A stretch of DNA of 32,000 nucleotides from Candidatus Brocadia sp. Lineage in GTDB: Bacteria > Planctomycetota > Brocadiia > Brocadiales > Brocadiaceae. This document shows, piece by piece, positions 1-9,070 of this stretch. The notes under the pieces were generated by a model. It ran no database searches, had not been told where the DNA came from, and worked only from the letters and a program-made list of their open reading frames with translations. The position numbers and the translations under genes are program-made. How positions within the stretch are numbered: position 1 is the stretch's first letter; every line of letters starts with the position of its first letter. The stretch is taken from the NCBI GenBank assembly GCA_021650915.1, contig CP091279.1, forward strand, positions 3,330,001 through 3,362,000, given 5' to 3'.

Positions 1-341
1 AGGCTAATCGTCTCGGATTTCCCAAAGGCCACACCCCTTTCCCCTTCTCCCCCGGCATGTTCCCGGCTAATCAGATGGCGTTCCACGAGAAAGAGCCGGT
101 CTACGGGATCAATGTCCGCAAGATTGATATACCTCAGATCCGCGGTGATTTCAGCTTCTTTGATTTTATCCCTTACGATCTCTTCCAGCTCTCTCTTCTG
201 CTTTATATTAGCCCGGGAGAGAAAAGGAAACCGCGCCACATTCCGCGCCAGACGGATTCTGCTGCTGATAACAATATCCGACTCCGCCCCTGTTCCTCTC
301 AGCCATTCCCCGGTATTGTCCGCCAGATCGCTAATCTTCAT
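1..341 (-). CDS. mcsB: Protein arginine kinase McsB (ATP:guanido phosphotransferase), N-terminal ~113 aa; gene runs off the window
   Basis: Absent from the ORF track because it is truncated by the window edge. My reverse-strand translation from the ATG at 339-341 reads MKISDLADNTGEWLRGTGAESDIVISSRIRLARNVARFPF...LFLVERHLISREH. This matches the conserved McsB N-terminus (SDIVxSSRIRLARN, E+HLIS). The start overlaps the mcsA stop by 11 nt. Confidence 0.85.
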   Translation of the reverse strand, partial: MKISDLADNTGEWLRGTGAESDIVISSRIRLARNVARFPFLSRANIKQKRELEEIVRDKIKEAEITADLRYINLADIDPVDRLFLVERHLISREHAGGEGERGVAFGKSETIS

Positions 342-828
342 TGGTGTCGCCTGAAAGTTCGTAAATCCTATCCCGTAGCTCTGCAGCCTTTTCGTAGTCC
401 TCTTTTTCCACCGCCTTATTCAGTTCGCTCCGCAATTGCATGAGCTCATTCTTTTTAATCAGTTCTTTTCCGGCCCGTGACGGCACTTTCCCCACGTGCT
501 GAGTGCTTCCGTGCATCTTTTCAAGCAGCGGGATCAACCCTTTTCTGAAAATCGTGTAATCCATGGGGCAACCCAGCCGGCCATGAGAACGAAACTCCAG
601 ATAGGACAGTCCGCATACCGGACAAATGATCTTGGACATCTCATTAATTTCCGGGGCAACCTGATTGATGAGGCTTGTCAGTATTTCGGTGGGAGAAGGT
701 ATTTTGGCAATCTGTTTGTTAATACCCTGCGCACAGTCTTCGCAGAGATGCCGTTCCTTTTTCATCTCACCAATAATCTCCGTTAAATGCACTGTGGCGT
801 GTTTTTTATTACAGGATTCACATTTCAT
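331..828 (-). CDS. mcsA: McsA-like activator of protein arginine kinase (zinc-ribbon plus UVR motif protein)
   Basis: 165 aa. Paired Cys motifs (CESC...CEDC, CPVC...GCP) and a C-terminal UVR-type helix (EKEDYEKAAELRDRI). Lies directly upstream of mcsB and overlaps it. Confidence 0.8.
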   Translation of the reverse strand: MKCESCNKKHATVHLTEIIGEMKKERHLCEDCAQGINKQIAKIPSPTEILTSLINQVAPEINEMSKIICPVCGLSYLEFRSHGRLGCPMDYTIFRKGLIPLLEKMHGSTQHVGKVPSRAGKELIKKNELMQLRSELNKAVEKEDYEKAAELRDRIYELSGDTNED

Positions 829-869
829 TCGTTGGATGCCTTAACTGAATCTTTCGTGCTCTCTTTCAT

Positions 870-2159
870 TCATCTTCTCTCCCATTTTAACACATCCATT
901 ACTTTTCCTAAAGAACTTTTTTCAGATACAATCTCTTCCCGTATCCTGTTTTCTCTTTCCAGGCAGTCCATCCCGTGATTAACCCAGACGTCAGCCTCTG
1001 ACAGAGGAATTACCATTAATCCGTCATCATCTCCCAGAATCCAGTCTCCGGGATTGATCCGTATCCCCGACAGGGAAAGAGGAATATTGATTTCCCCAAA
1101 TCCCTTTGGCTCACCCGCGCTTGGCATTACCATCCTGGTAAAGACGGGGAATTTTAATTTTCTGATTTCCGCCGAATCTCTCACCGCCCCCCAAACCACG
1201 ACGCCGCTGATCTTTTTCTGCAATGCGCTGTGGGTTGCCAGTTCTCCCCACACCGCCGGGCCTGCTCCGCCTGCATCAATGACAATCACGTCTCCCTCTT
1301 TTGCCAGATCGATAGCCTCAACAGGCTTTGCCCAATCGCCCGGATAGGTGCGAACCGTGACTGCATTCCCGGCGATTTTGATGTCCGGGTACAGGGGATA
1401 TAGCTCAGTAATACCCTGCGCGCGATGACTGCCATCAGAAATATTCGCAGTAGAAAGTTTTACAAGGGCTTCACGAACTTCTTCACGCGCTACCCGCTTG
1501 AAGAGGGTTGTGGGAATCTTCCGGTTTTCCAGAATAGCGCTTTTGATGCTTTCTGCCGCCGCCTTTGCGTTCCTGGCCTTGGTAATAGATCCGCCCACGA
1601 TGATAATGCTTGCCCCGGCATGTACCGCATCCACAACATTTTCAGAATTTATACCGCCAGCAACCGCAACCGGTATCTTTACCCTGCCGGAAATGCGCTG
1701 CAAGACGGCGAATGGTGTCTTGCCCCGCATTTGATCATCTATAGCGGTATGAACTGAAAGGCAGGCTGCCCCCCATTTTTCTATATCGGCAGCGCGCTCT
1801 TCGATCTCGGCATCATGGATACAATCTACGCAGATTTTTATGCCGTAGTTTTTCCCCGCTTCGATACACTCCCTGATAGTTGAATCCTGGGCATCCGCCA
1901 TGACTACCGCAATATCCGCGCCCGCCTTGGCCGCCATCTCCATTTCTGCACGGCCGGCATCCATGGTCTTCATGTCAGCGACCAGGGTAGTGTGGGGAAA
2001 TAACGACCTCATATGACGTATCGCATTCATCCCTTCGCTTTTGATGAGCGGCGTGCCAATCTCCAGCCAGTCCACTCCCCCCTCAACCGATTCCTTAGCG
2101 ACCCTGACTGCCCGGTGAAGGTCAACAAAATCAAGGGCCACCTGTAATATTACCGTCAT
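870..2159 (-). CDS. Two-domain protein: N-terminal 3-hexulose-6-phosphate synthase-like (OMPDC fold) fused to a C-terminal RraA/class II aldolase-like domain
   Basis: 429 aa. The N-half has HPS-like motifs (ILQVALDF, DWLEIGTPLI, VADMKTMDAG, PVAVAGGI). The C-half has RraA-family motifs (GDVIVIDAGG...AVWGELA, GVVVWGAVRD, GDWILGDDDG). Confidence 0.75.
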   Translation of the reverse strand: MTVILQVALDFVDLHRAVRVAKESVEGGVDWLEIGTPLIKSEGMNAIRHMRSLFPHTTLVADMKTMDAGRAEMEMAAKAGADIAVVMADAQDSTIRECIEAGKNYGIKICVDCIHDAEIEERAADIEKWGAACLSVHTAIDDQMRGKTPFAVLQRISGRVKIPVAVAGGINSENVVDAVHAGASIIIVGGSITKARNAKAAAESIKSAILENRKIPTTLFKRVAREEVREALVKLSTANISDGSHRAQGITELYPLYPDIKIAGNAVTVRTYPGDWAKPVEAIDLAKEGDVIVIDAGGAGPAVWGELATHSALQKKISGVVVWGAVRDSAEIRKLKFPVFTRMVMPSAGEPKGFGEINIPLSLSGIRINPGDWILGDDDGLMVIPLSEADVWVNHGMDCLERENRIREEIVSEKSSLGKVMDVLKWERR

Positions 2160-2188
2160 AATTATAAACTCTGGTTGTTAAAGAACTG

Positions 2189-2554
2189 CTATTCAAAATA
2201 CGAGGCGCCGCAACGGTCTGATTCCCAGGTCGTAACCTTTTCTACCTTTACGCCCGCGGGAAGCTCCCGCCTTAATTCTTCATATAATATTTTCGACAGA
2301 TTCTCGGTCGTGGGATTTACCTCTGCAAAATCTGCGAGTTCATTTAAATAGATATGGTCAAATCTATTGATAATTTCTCCCACAACCCGTTTTGCGTCCC
2401 GAAAATCCATAACCATACCCAGGGTATCTAACTTTTCCGCTTTTAAAATAACTTGTACCTTCCAATTGTGACCGTGGAGTCTTTCGCATTGGCCTTTATA
2501 TTCACGCAAATTGTGCGCTGCAGAAAAATCCGTTTCAATAATGAGCTCGAACAT
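2189..2554 (-). CDS. queD: 6-carboxy-5,6,7,8-tetrahydropterin synthase / 6-pyruvoyl-tetrahydropterin synthase family
   Basis: 121 aa, typical QueD/PTPS size, with the signature FSAAHNL...CERLHGHNW. Confidence 0.85.
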   Translation of the reverse strand: MFELIIETDFSAAHNLREYKGQCERLHGHNWKVQVILKAEKLDTLGMVMDFRDAKRVVGEIINRFDHIYLNELADFAEVNPTTENLSKILYEELRRELPAGVKVEKVTTWESDRCGASYFE

Positions 2555-2731
2555 ATCTTTTCGTATGGCAAAATGCCACAGCTTTCCCCGTTGTTTCCGA
2601 CCAAAAAAGGATCAATTACATAAAAATCTTATCACCCGTAAAAATGAAAGTCAAGATTATTTTGATTGTTTATATTGACTTAAACGCTCATTATTACAAA
2701 ACATAGGATGGTTTAAAATTCATCAGACGCG

Positions 2732-4654
2732 TTATTTCCTCTTAAATTGTTTTTGCAATTCGCACAGCGAGAAAAACAAGGTGGTGGGTCTTCCGTGCGG
2801 ACAATTATTGGTGTATGCATGAATGTCTTTTTTCATTTTCAAAAGCTCCTCAATCTCCTGCGGTTCTAGCCGCTGCCCTGCCTTAATTGCGCCTTTGCAT
2901 GCCATGACGCTGATTAATTTGCTTACAATCTTGTCTTTGCCTTTGAGTTCCTTCTCATCACTGAATTCAGTCAGCACGCTTTCGATAAATTCCTTGCCGG
3001 GCAAATGTCTTAGCATCTGAGGAAAGGAACGAATTACGATGGTGCGTTGTCCGAACTCCTCAATTTCTACTCCCAGATCCCCAAGGTATTGTTTTATGCT
3101 GGTAACGGAAAAGAAATCCTTCGGACTTAACTCAATCATTTCCGGTATTAACAACCGCTGGCTCGCTGATTGAGCTCCCTGCAGGTTCCTTTCTATTTCA
3201 TGGTATAAAATAATTTCGTGCAATGCGTGCTGATCAATAAGGTTGAATCCGTCGTCGGTTTCTTCGACGATAAAGGCATCGTGAATCTGAAACGACACTT
3301 TTTTTTTACCGATAACCTCCACCGGAGATCTGTTTCCTGCCGGTTCCGGGGTTTTTGACATTTGCGCGTTGACAGATGCTTCGGATTTTTCTGCATGTAA
3401 AACCCCTTCGCCTCTTTCCTCGCAAGGTCTTTCTGGAGGTGAAGAGAGGATATTCCTGTCATCGAAAGGGGTAAACGCGTCCAGGTTTCTTATGCGGTCA
3501 CCGGATGGCGGGATATCCGCATTTCCCTTTGTATCCTGTATCTCATCCGTTTTTCTGTACGAAAACGGTTCCCATAACGATCTTTTCGTGAATCCCGCCT
3601 CATCCGCTTTTCCTGATTCCTTTCCCGGTATCGGGGCAAACGTTGCTATTCCCGAAGGCTTCGGAGCCGCTTTATGCAAACCTTCTTTTAATGCCGCCAT
3701 GACATAGTTATAGATCGAGGAGGTGTTTCGGAAGCGCACCTCCGTCTTTGTCGGATGAACATTCACGTCTACTTCGGACGGGTCTACCTGTAAGAACAAA
3801 AACACGATCGGATACCTCCTGTGCATCAATTTCCCGTGATAGGATTCATTTATGGCGCGGAAGATAGCGCTGTCCTTAATGTAGCGGCCGTTTAAAAAGA
3901 TAAACTGCATTCGGGCGTTCGCCTTGTCAAAAAAGGGGGGTGCAATATATCCGGAAAGGGAAAACAGCGCTTCCCGGAGAAATACCGGGATGAGATGCTT
4001 GCTCATCTCATCACCAAAAAACGTTGCAATTCGTTCGGCTGTTTCCCGAACGGGGGGGAGGTTAAACACCGTCCTGGTATTATGCATAAGGGTAAAGTGA
4101 ATTGCCGGATAGGCGATTGCAAACCGCGTAAGCACTTCCGAGATGTAAGCCATTTCTGTTGGTATTGTCCGTAAAAATTTCTTACGGACCGGCACGTTAA
4201 AAAAGAGATCTTTCACCGTTACCTGGGTTCCTTCCGGCGCCCCGCATTCCTTTATCTGACTCAATACTCCGCCGTCGATGCTTATTTCCGCGCCTTGTAT
4301 CGCCCCTTGCGTCCTGGAGATGATACTGGCGCGCGAAACGGCTCCGATGCTGGGTAATGCCTCACCTCTGAAACCGAGTGTGTGGATTGCAAAGAGATCG
4401 TCTGCGTTGAGGAGTTTACTGGTGGCGTGGCTTTGAAACGCAAGGGAAAGATCTTCGGCGTCCATCCCTATGCCGTCATCCGACACCCGGAGCATTTTTC
4501 GCCCCCCATCCTCCAGATAGGTATCAATCTTTGACGCCATGGCATCAATTGCGTTTTCTATCAGTTCTTTTACGACCGCGGCTGGCCGGTCAATGACCTC
4601 GCCGGCAGCAATCTTATTGATAACCGATGCGGGGAGAACCTTAATATGCGACAT
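2732..4654 (-). CDS. mutL: DNA mismatch repair protein MutL
   Basis: GHKL ATPase motifs (VVKELIENAIDA, DDGIGM, GFRGEAL) and a C-terminal domain with DQHALHEIILYHE and CPHGRP. The ORF track starts at a TTG (4675). I prefer the ATG at 4652-4654 (MSHIKVLP), which has AGGA 9 nt upstream. Confidence 0.95.
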   Translation of the reverse strand: MSHIKVLPASVINKIAAGEVIDRPAAVVKELIENAIDAMASKIDTYLEDGGRKMLRVSDDGIGMDAEDLSLAFQSHATSKLLNADDLFAIHTLGFRGEALPSIGAVSRASIISRTQGAIQGAEISIDGGVLSQIKECGAPEGTQVTVKDLFFNVPVRKKFLRTIPTEMAYISEVLTRFAIAYPAIHFTLMHNTRTVFNLPPVRETAERIATFFGDEMSKHLIPVFLREALFSLSGYIAPPFFDKANARMQFIFLNGRYIKDSAIFRAINESYHGKLMHRRYPIVFLFLQVDPSEVDVNVHPTKTEVRFRNTSSIYNYVMAALKEGLHKAAPKPSGIATFAPIPGKESGKADEAGFTKRSLWEPFSYRKTDEIQDTKGNADIPPSGDRIRNLDAFTPFDDRNILSSPPERPCEERGEGVLHAEKSEASVNAQMSKTPEPAGNRSPVEVIGKKKVSFQIHDAFIVEETDDGFNLIDQHALHEIILYHEIERNLQGAQSASQRLLIPEMIELSPKDFFSVTSIKQYLGDLGVEIEEFGQRTIVIRSFPQMLRHLPGKEFIESVLTEFSDEKELKGKDKIVSKLISVMACKGAIKAGQRLEPQEIEELLKMKKDIHAYTNNCPHGRPTTLFFSLCELQKQFKRK

Positions 4655-5109
4655 AGAATATTTCCTGAAAGGCAATTGTCAGTTCTTGAATCTTGCCTCA
4701 CAAAGGTTGTATTGATGATTACAAAACATGCAGTGCCCATAAAGCATGCCGTTCGCACATCTTGTAGTATACCCTTGTGATGACGCCGCCTAAATAATAT
4801 CACGTAAGGCAGGGAAATCATAATTAAATTATGAGTGGGGTGGCGCAGGGCTACGTCAAATATAAGTGCGAGTAATTGTCCGCAAAAAAGAAAGGAATAA
4901 ACTGGCTTTTTCAAAAGGGTTTTTTTACCATAGAGTCGTGAACCATACGATATAAGACGCTTGGGTGTATAAAGTCATAGGCATAATGGTCACAGCGCTT
5001 GCAGCAACTCAGGGTGCGGGTTGCTGGTTTGATCTCCCGAAAAGGTTTGTTGGTATCTGTGGGGTTGGCAAAAAAACCAGAAGAGGAAAAAGAAAGACAA
5101 GCGGCTCAC

Positions 5110-5349
5110 GGTTAAAATTCATAGCGCGGCACCGCCGCAAACAATTCCCCGTTGTGAAAGCGGGAGATTGCTTCGGACAAGACCCTCGCAATGACACTGG
5201 CTATGTTTTTGATGACATACGGTACGTTGTCATTGCAAGCGAAACGAAGCAATCCTTCTCTCATAAACAAACTGCACCTTCTGATAAAGGGTAAATAGGG
5301 TCGCGAAAAAACTTACAAAAAAAAGAAGTTTTTACACAGTAATATTATA
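5110..5349. repeat. ~240-bp repeat copy A, in inverted orientation relative to copy B at 11636-11864; carries an internal imperfect palindrome
   Basis: The reverse complement of 5110-5349 aligns by eye along its whole length with 11636-11864. Shared blocks include tattactgt.taaaaacttcttttttt.gtaagttttt, gattgcttcg.ttcgct.gcaatgacaac, gtgtcattgcgagggtctt.tccgaagcaatctccc and gcgg..gtgccg.gctatg. Internal arms: gattgcttcgg...ctcgcaatgaca versus tgtcattgc.ag...cgaagcaatc. Confidence 0.8.
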
Positions 5350-5447
5350 AAAGAGGGAGGTGCATGCTTCAAGTGATGCGTAAAATCTGATTATAGTATA
5401 TTTCTTAAAGGTTTTGTTTTTGTTTATTGACGAGAGGAGTGTTAGCT

Positions 5448-6410
5448 ATGAGCAAGAAAAGAGTATCATTTTTTAAAAACCCTGCCTTGGTTTCAGGAAT
5501 GATCGGCCTCGCCGGCGTCGTGCTTTTTTTGGCCGGCTGTGCCGCCCCAAATGCGCAAAAGAGAATCGCAGCCTTTTCTACGGCATTATCTATTGCCACG
5601 ACAAATACAACGGAAGCCTTTGAAACCGTGGATCAAAAATTTTACCGCACCAAGGTGGCATTATTGGTTAATAACTATGACGAAAAAGGCTTTAACCCAA
5701 ACACCGAAATGCATTTTCTCACCGGGCAGGATCTGGCGGTGCGTGAACAATTATTTAAGGGATTGCAGCGCTACGCTCAAAAATTGGCAGATATCATGAG
5801 CGATGCACAGTTGAAAGAATTTGACGCCGAAACAAAGGCGTTCGGGAAATCTCTGCAGAAATTGAGTGAGAATGACGCCTTTAAAAATATAAACAGCGGG
5901 GCTTCTAAGGCAAATATCGATGCCTTTGTCACGGCGGTTGATGTCGTTGGACGTTTTTTTATTGACTACAAACGGGAGAGGGGTGTCAGAGAAATAGTTG
6001 CCGACATGAAACAACCCATCGAAAATATCTGCAACACGCTCATCTCAGATATCGGACAACCCATGGATAAAACCGGAGCAGGTGGCTTTGGATTAAGAAA
6101 TCAATCCTGGATCCAGTATGACGTCATGTTAAAGGAACACATCAGCTTTATCGACCGCAATAAGGACAAGTTTGATCCTGTGACAAAAGCGGAAGCAATC
6201 GCAAAACTTCCGGCTATCGTTGAAGAACAGAGCAAGGCGGATCTGACCCTGAAGGCAACGCAGGATACCTTAAAAAAGCTCAGGATGACACATGACGAAC
6301 TGGTAAAGGCATTTGATAAAACATGTCCAACATTGGAGAATCTTATTGCCGAACTTATTGACGAGGGAAAAAGGGTAGGTAAGTTTTATAAGAGTCTTGC
6401 AAAAGAATAA
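5448..6410 (+). CDS. Predicted lipoprotein, all-helical, function unknown
   Basis: ATG at 5448 with AGAGGAG upstream (the track start at 5427 is a TTG). Signal peptide plus lipobox: MSKKRVSFFKNPALVSGMIGLAGVVLFLAGC. The remainder is charged and helical with no motif I recognise. Confidence 0.7.
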   Translation: MSKKRVSFFKNPALVSGMIGLAGVVLFLAGCAAPNAQKRIAAFSTALSIATTNTTEAFETVDQKFYRTKVALLVNNYDEKGFNPNTEMHFLTGQDLAVREQLFKGLQRYAQKLADIMSDAQLKEFDAETKAFGKSLQKLSENDAFKNINSGASKANIDAFVTAVDVVGRFFIDYKRERGVREIVADMKQPIENICNTLISDIGQPMDKTGAGGFGLRNQSWIQYDVMLKEHISFIDRNKDKFDPVTKAEAIAKLPAIVEEQSKADLTLKATQDTLKKLRMTHDELVKAFDKTCPTLENLIAELIDEGKRVGKFYKSLAKE

Positions 6411-6582
6411 CGGAAGATGACAGTACGATACAGCTACAACCACATCCCTCTGGCAATGAGATGACCCTTTCCTGAATACCCGCCTGTTTGTGGGGAGCTA
6501 AAGGGGTTGTGAAAAAACGTGTTAAAGCAGCGAGATCGTGCGTGCTAATACGATAATTTTTATACCATAAGGAGGATAAGCC

Positions 6583-6939
6583 ATGGCAAAGGAAGGAAAG
6601 AATGAATTGGCCCAGCAGGAAATCCGTGATATTTTCGGTGAGCTTTATAAGGCTCTTGACGATGCGTACTGGAGCGCAACGACGATTATCGATAAGGACC
6701 GCATCAGAGGTGCACAAGAAGGTATATTTGATATCCTTACTGAGTTGAACAGGGCACACATTCAATCAAACACAGAAAAGCTTAAAGAATTAGCTTCAAA
6801 AGTTGGTGATGTAAATAAGCGGCTTGATGCGTTAAAAAAGGATATCGATAAGGTTGTTCAGCGAATAGAAGTCGCCACGCGTGTGGCGAAGGCAATTGAT
6901 AAGGTGCTTACCCAGGCGGCCAAGTATTTTAAGGTTTAG
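6583..6939 (+). CDS. Small helical/coiled-coil protein, function unknown
   Basis: 118 aa with a strong RBS (AAGGAGGATAAGCC-ATG). Heptad-like charged sequence (KLKELASKVGDVNKRLDALKKDIDKVVQRIE). Confidence 0.55.
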   Translation: MAKEGKNELAQQEIRDIFGELYKALDDAYWSATTIIDKDRIRGAQEGIFDILTELNRAHIQSNTEKLKELASKVGDVNKRLDALKKDIDKVVQRIEVATRVAKAIDKVLTQAAKYFKV

Positions 6940-6973
6940 GTAGTGCACCAAGATTAAATTCCAACCATTCTTG

Positions 6974-7000
6974 CGGGAGCAGGCTTGCCGCCTGCTCCCG
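6974..7000 (+). terminator. Perfect 10-bp stem hairpin downstream of the 118-aa gene (possible intrinsic terminator with a weak T tract)
   Basis: cgggagcagg (6974-6983), loop cttgccg, cctgctcccg (6991-7000), followed by gttcttcc. Confidence 0.4.
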
Positions 7001-7234
7001 GTTCTTCCCGTGTACTTTATACCATCCAATTTTAGTGTTATTAAGGGTCTCATAATTGTATTGATTCGTCGTATGCTTTCCTTCTCCAATATTGAAGCGC
7101 TAAACGGACAGCTTAATGTGTGTTCTATTATGAGACGATTAATAAGTACAAAAATTAAAAAATGAACACCCTTTTAAACCAGAATATTTCAGAGATTATT
7201 GCTGAGACAGCAAAAAGCCGATGAGGAGGGAAAA

Positions 7235-8392
7235 ATGGCTGTTGAATTTGAGGTTTTGAATGCTGAAGGAAAGAGACTCAAAGACGATATAACGGTACAA
7301 CGCAGAAAATTAGAAACTGTATCGCTGAATTATGACGAGTTTAAAAAGAATACGGAAACCACGCTTAAAGACCTAGACGATAAAATAGATGCCCTTCTAA
7401 AAGGTCCTTTATTGTCTAAGGATACGTGGGACACGCATCCGCAGCAGGACGATGTAATCAGAAAAGTTCGTAATGACCTGCACGACAATTTAGAAACAAG
7501 AAAAGTTAGCATTGAACGGGTAGTGAATCTGTTGGTTCCTGACGTAAAGATACCCAAAAGGTTGACTATAATTGGCATTACTATTTTACTACTCATGATT
7601 GGCGGTTATGTCGCACTTCATAAATACATTGACACCCCGACGTACAAAAAAGAAAATGGGGAAAAATTATTTGCGGCAATCGGGAAACTCAAGGCGCATA
7701 TTTTAAATCCAGAGGTGAAGTTAAATGATATGCCTGATTTACCGGATTTTAATCCTTTGACGGCAAAGAAAGGGCCGCGTTCAGATGATCCTGAAAAGAA
7801 AGAAAAAGGCAATGACGCTACAGGCCCTGCTACTGCGCCAAGTCAAGATGCTTGGGCATTAGTATTTGCAGAGAGAATTAGCAGCTTCAACGGTTTTGTA
7901 TCAGTCGTTAAAGCCGGCACCACTACGGGAACTGGTTCTGTTATTGTAAAAAGCCAGGTTGATAAAATAAAGGAAGAGCTTGAAAAAATAGAGAAGGATG
8001 CCCTGATATTTTCAAAGAATGATGGATTTTTTTGGATAACTGGTTATTGGAGATGGCTGGAGATTGTATTTTGGGGGGAATTTGGGGTGATTGTTGGAAT
8101 CCTTGCATGGATTTGTACACAGGCGGAGGTGGGGGGGTATACAAAGGGAAAGTATGAGAAAGAGTTACCTTGGTATATAGCGGAAATGGTTATGGGTCCG
8201 GTTATTGTTGTGGCAGTCTTTTTCCTGTTGAAACAGTTTGTTGGGACATTTATCGCCGGAGTTGCAGAAGAAGACGTTCGAAGTTCAATATACCTAACGC
8301 TGGGTATCTCTTTTGCGCTTGGGCTTTTTATAAGAAGGACACTCGGTGTTTTTAATTTTATCAAGGATAAACTACCACTTCCAAAGGAGTAA
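7235..8392 (+). CDS. Membrane protein: N-terminal cytoplasmic coiled coil, one TM, low-complexity linker, then three C-terminal TM helices; function unknown
   Basis: ATG at 7235 preceded by GAGGAGGG (the track start at 7199 is a TTG). Hydrophobic segments: LTIIGITILLLMIGGYVAL, WLEIVFWGEFGVIVGILAWIC, IAEMVMGPVIVVAVFFLL, IYLTLGISFALGLFI. The coiled-coil N-terminus reads LNYDEFKKNTETTLKDLDDKIDALL. Confidence 0.7.
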   Translation: MAVEFEVLNAEGKRLKDDITVQRRKLETVSLNYDEFKKNTETTLKDLDDKIDALLKGPLLSKDTWDTHPQQDDVIRKVRNDLHDNLETRKVSIERVVNLLVPDVKIPKRLTIIGITILLLMIGGYVALHKYIDTPTYKKENGEKLFAAIGKLKAHILNPEVKLNDMPDLPDFNPLTAKKGPRSDDPEKKEKGNDATGPATAPSQDAWALVFAERISSFNGFVSVVKAGTTTGTGSVIVKSQVDKIKEELEKIEKDALIFSKNDGFFWITGYWRWLEIVFWGEFGVIVGILAWICTQAEVGGYTKGKYEKELPWYIAEMVMGPVIVVAVFFLLKQFVGTFIAGVAEEDVRSSIYLTLGISFALGLFIRRTLGVFNFIKDKLPLPKE

Positions 8393-8658
8393 TAGTTAAG
8401 GATCTCTCAGGGTCTGACCTTGGCAGGTTGTCCGAGGACGTGGCATCTTGGTTTTCTTTCATAAAACCATAAAAAACGGGCCAGAAACAGTTACGAAGCA
8501 GTAGTTCAATGATATAATAAAACTCGATGAAAGCACCACGGCAAAAGTACGCCAAGCAGTTAAAACTGTAGTTGCCTTTTAGTGTGTTCATCGCTTTTTA
8601 CAAGGAGACGACCCTGGAAGAGAATAAGCAAAAGAACGATATAGCGGCTGCGTCCGTA

Positions 8659-9060
8659 ATGCCTCAAGCACAGCAGCAACAGAATGTGTTAGCGCCACCC
8701 CAAAGCCAGTCAGGCTTTCATGAGCTGATGAAATTGGTGATCACAGACACGAATCTCCAGCCCGTGGAGAAGAAGAAACTTCTCAATGAATTGCGCAAGA
8801 GTAGCGGCGCCGATCGCTGGACGTATAGATCAGCAATCTGGATTCTGGGGACCGTCGGTCTACTTACCGTCGGTGCGATCTGGTATCTCAGTATCAGTAA
8901 TGGTTTCAAAGCGGAAAACATTCCCCAAGGGCTCGTAGCTATCGGGTCGAGTGCCGTGGGCGGGCTAGCCGGTCTACTAACCCGACTTTCGCAATTCGCG
9001 TCCAAAAAAGTTTATTTTTGGGCAAGAGTCGCCAGGAAACCCGTGATATTCAAGGGGTGA
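8659..9060 (+). CDS. Small 2-TM membrane protein, function unknown (start uncertain; frame is open from 8572)
   Basis: Q-rich N-terminus, then two hydrophobic helices (AIWILGTVGLLTVGAIWYL, LVAIGSSAVGGLAGLL). The stop lies 10 nt before the left boundary of the IS-like element. The first ATG is at 8659. An AAGGAG at ~8602 is followed only by non-ATG candidate starts. Confidence 0.5.
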   Translation: MPQAQQQQNVLAPPQSQSGFHELMKLVITDTNLQPVEKKKLLNELRKSSGADRWTYRSAIWILGTVGLLTVGAIWYLSISNGFKAENIPQGLVAIGSSAVGGLAGLLTRLSQFASKKVYFWARVARKPVIFKG

Positions 9061-9070
9061 ATTTTCAAAA

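Noticed and set aside
4570-4914. 114-aa minus-strand ORF overlapping the mutL start region
   Set aside because: It overlaps the mutL 5' end in another frame, has an odd composition and no RBS. It most likely just spans the mutL promoter region.
4965-5294. 109-aa plus-strand ORF (and the 62-aa antisense ORF at 5009-5197)
   Set aside because: It runs through repeat copy A. The VIASETKQS-type peptide is simply the translation of the cattgc.ag...gaagcaatc palindrome. It has no RBS and a basic, low-complexity composition.
8131-8137. G7 run within the 4-TM protein gene as a phase-variation switch
   Set aside because: A single moderate-length run with no supporting evidence. I noted it only inside the cluster finding, and read-level heterogeneity would be needed to pursue it.
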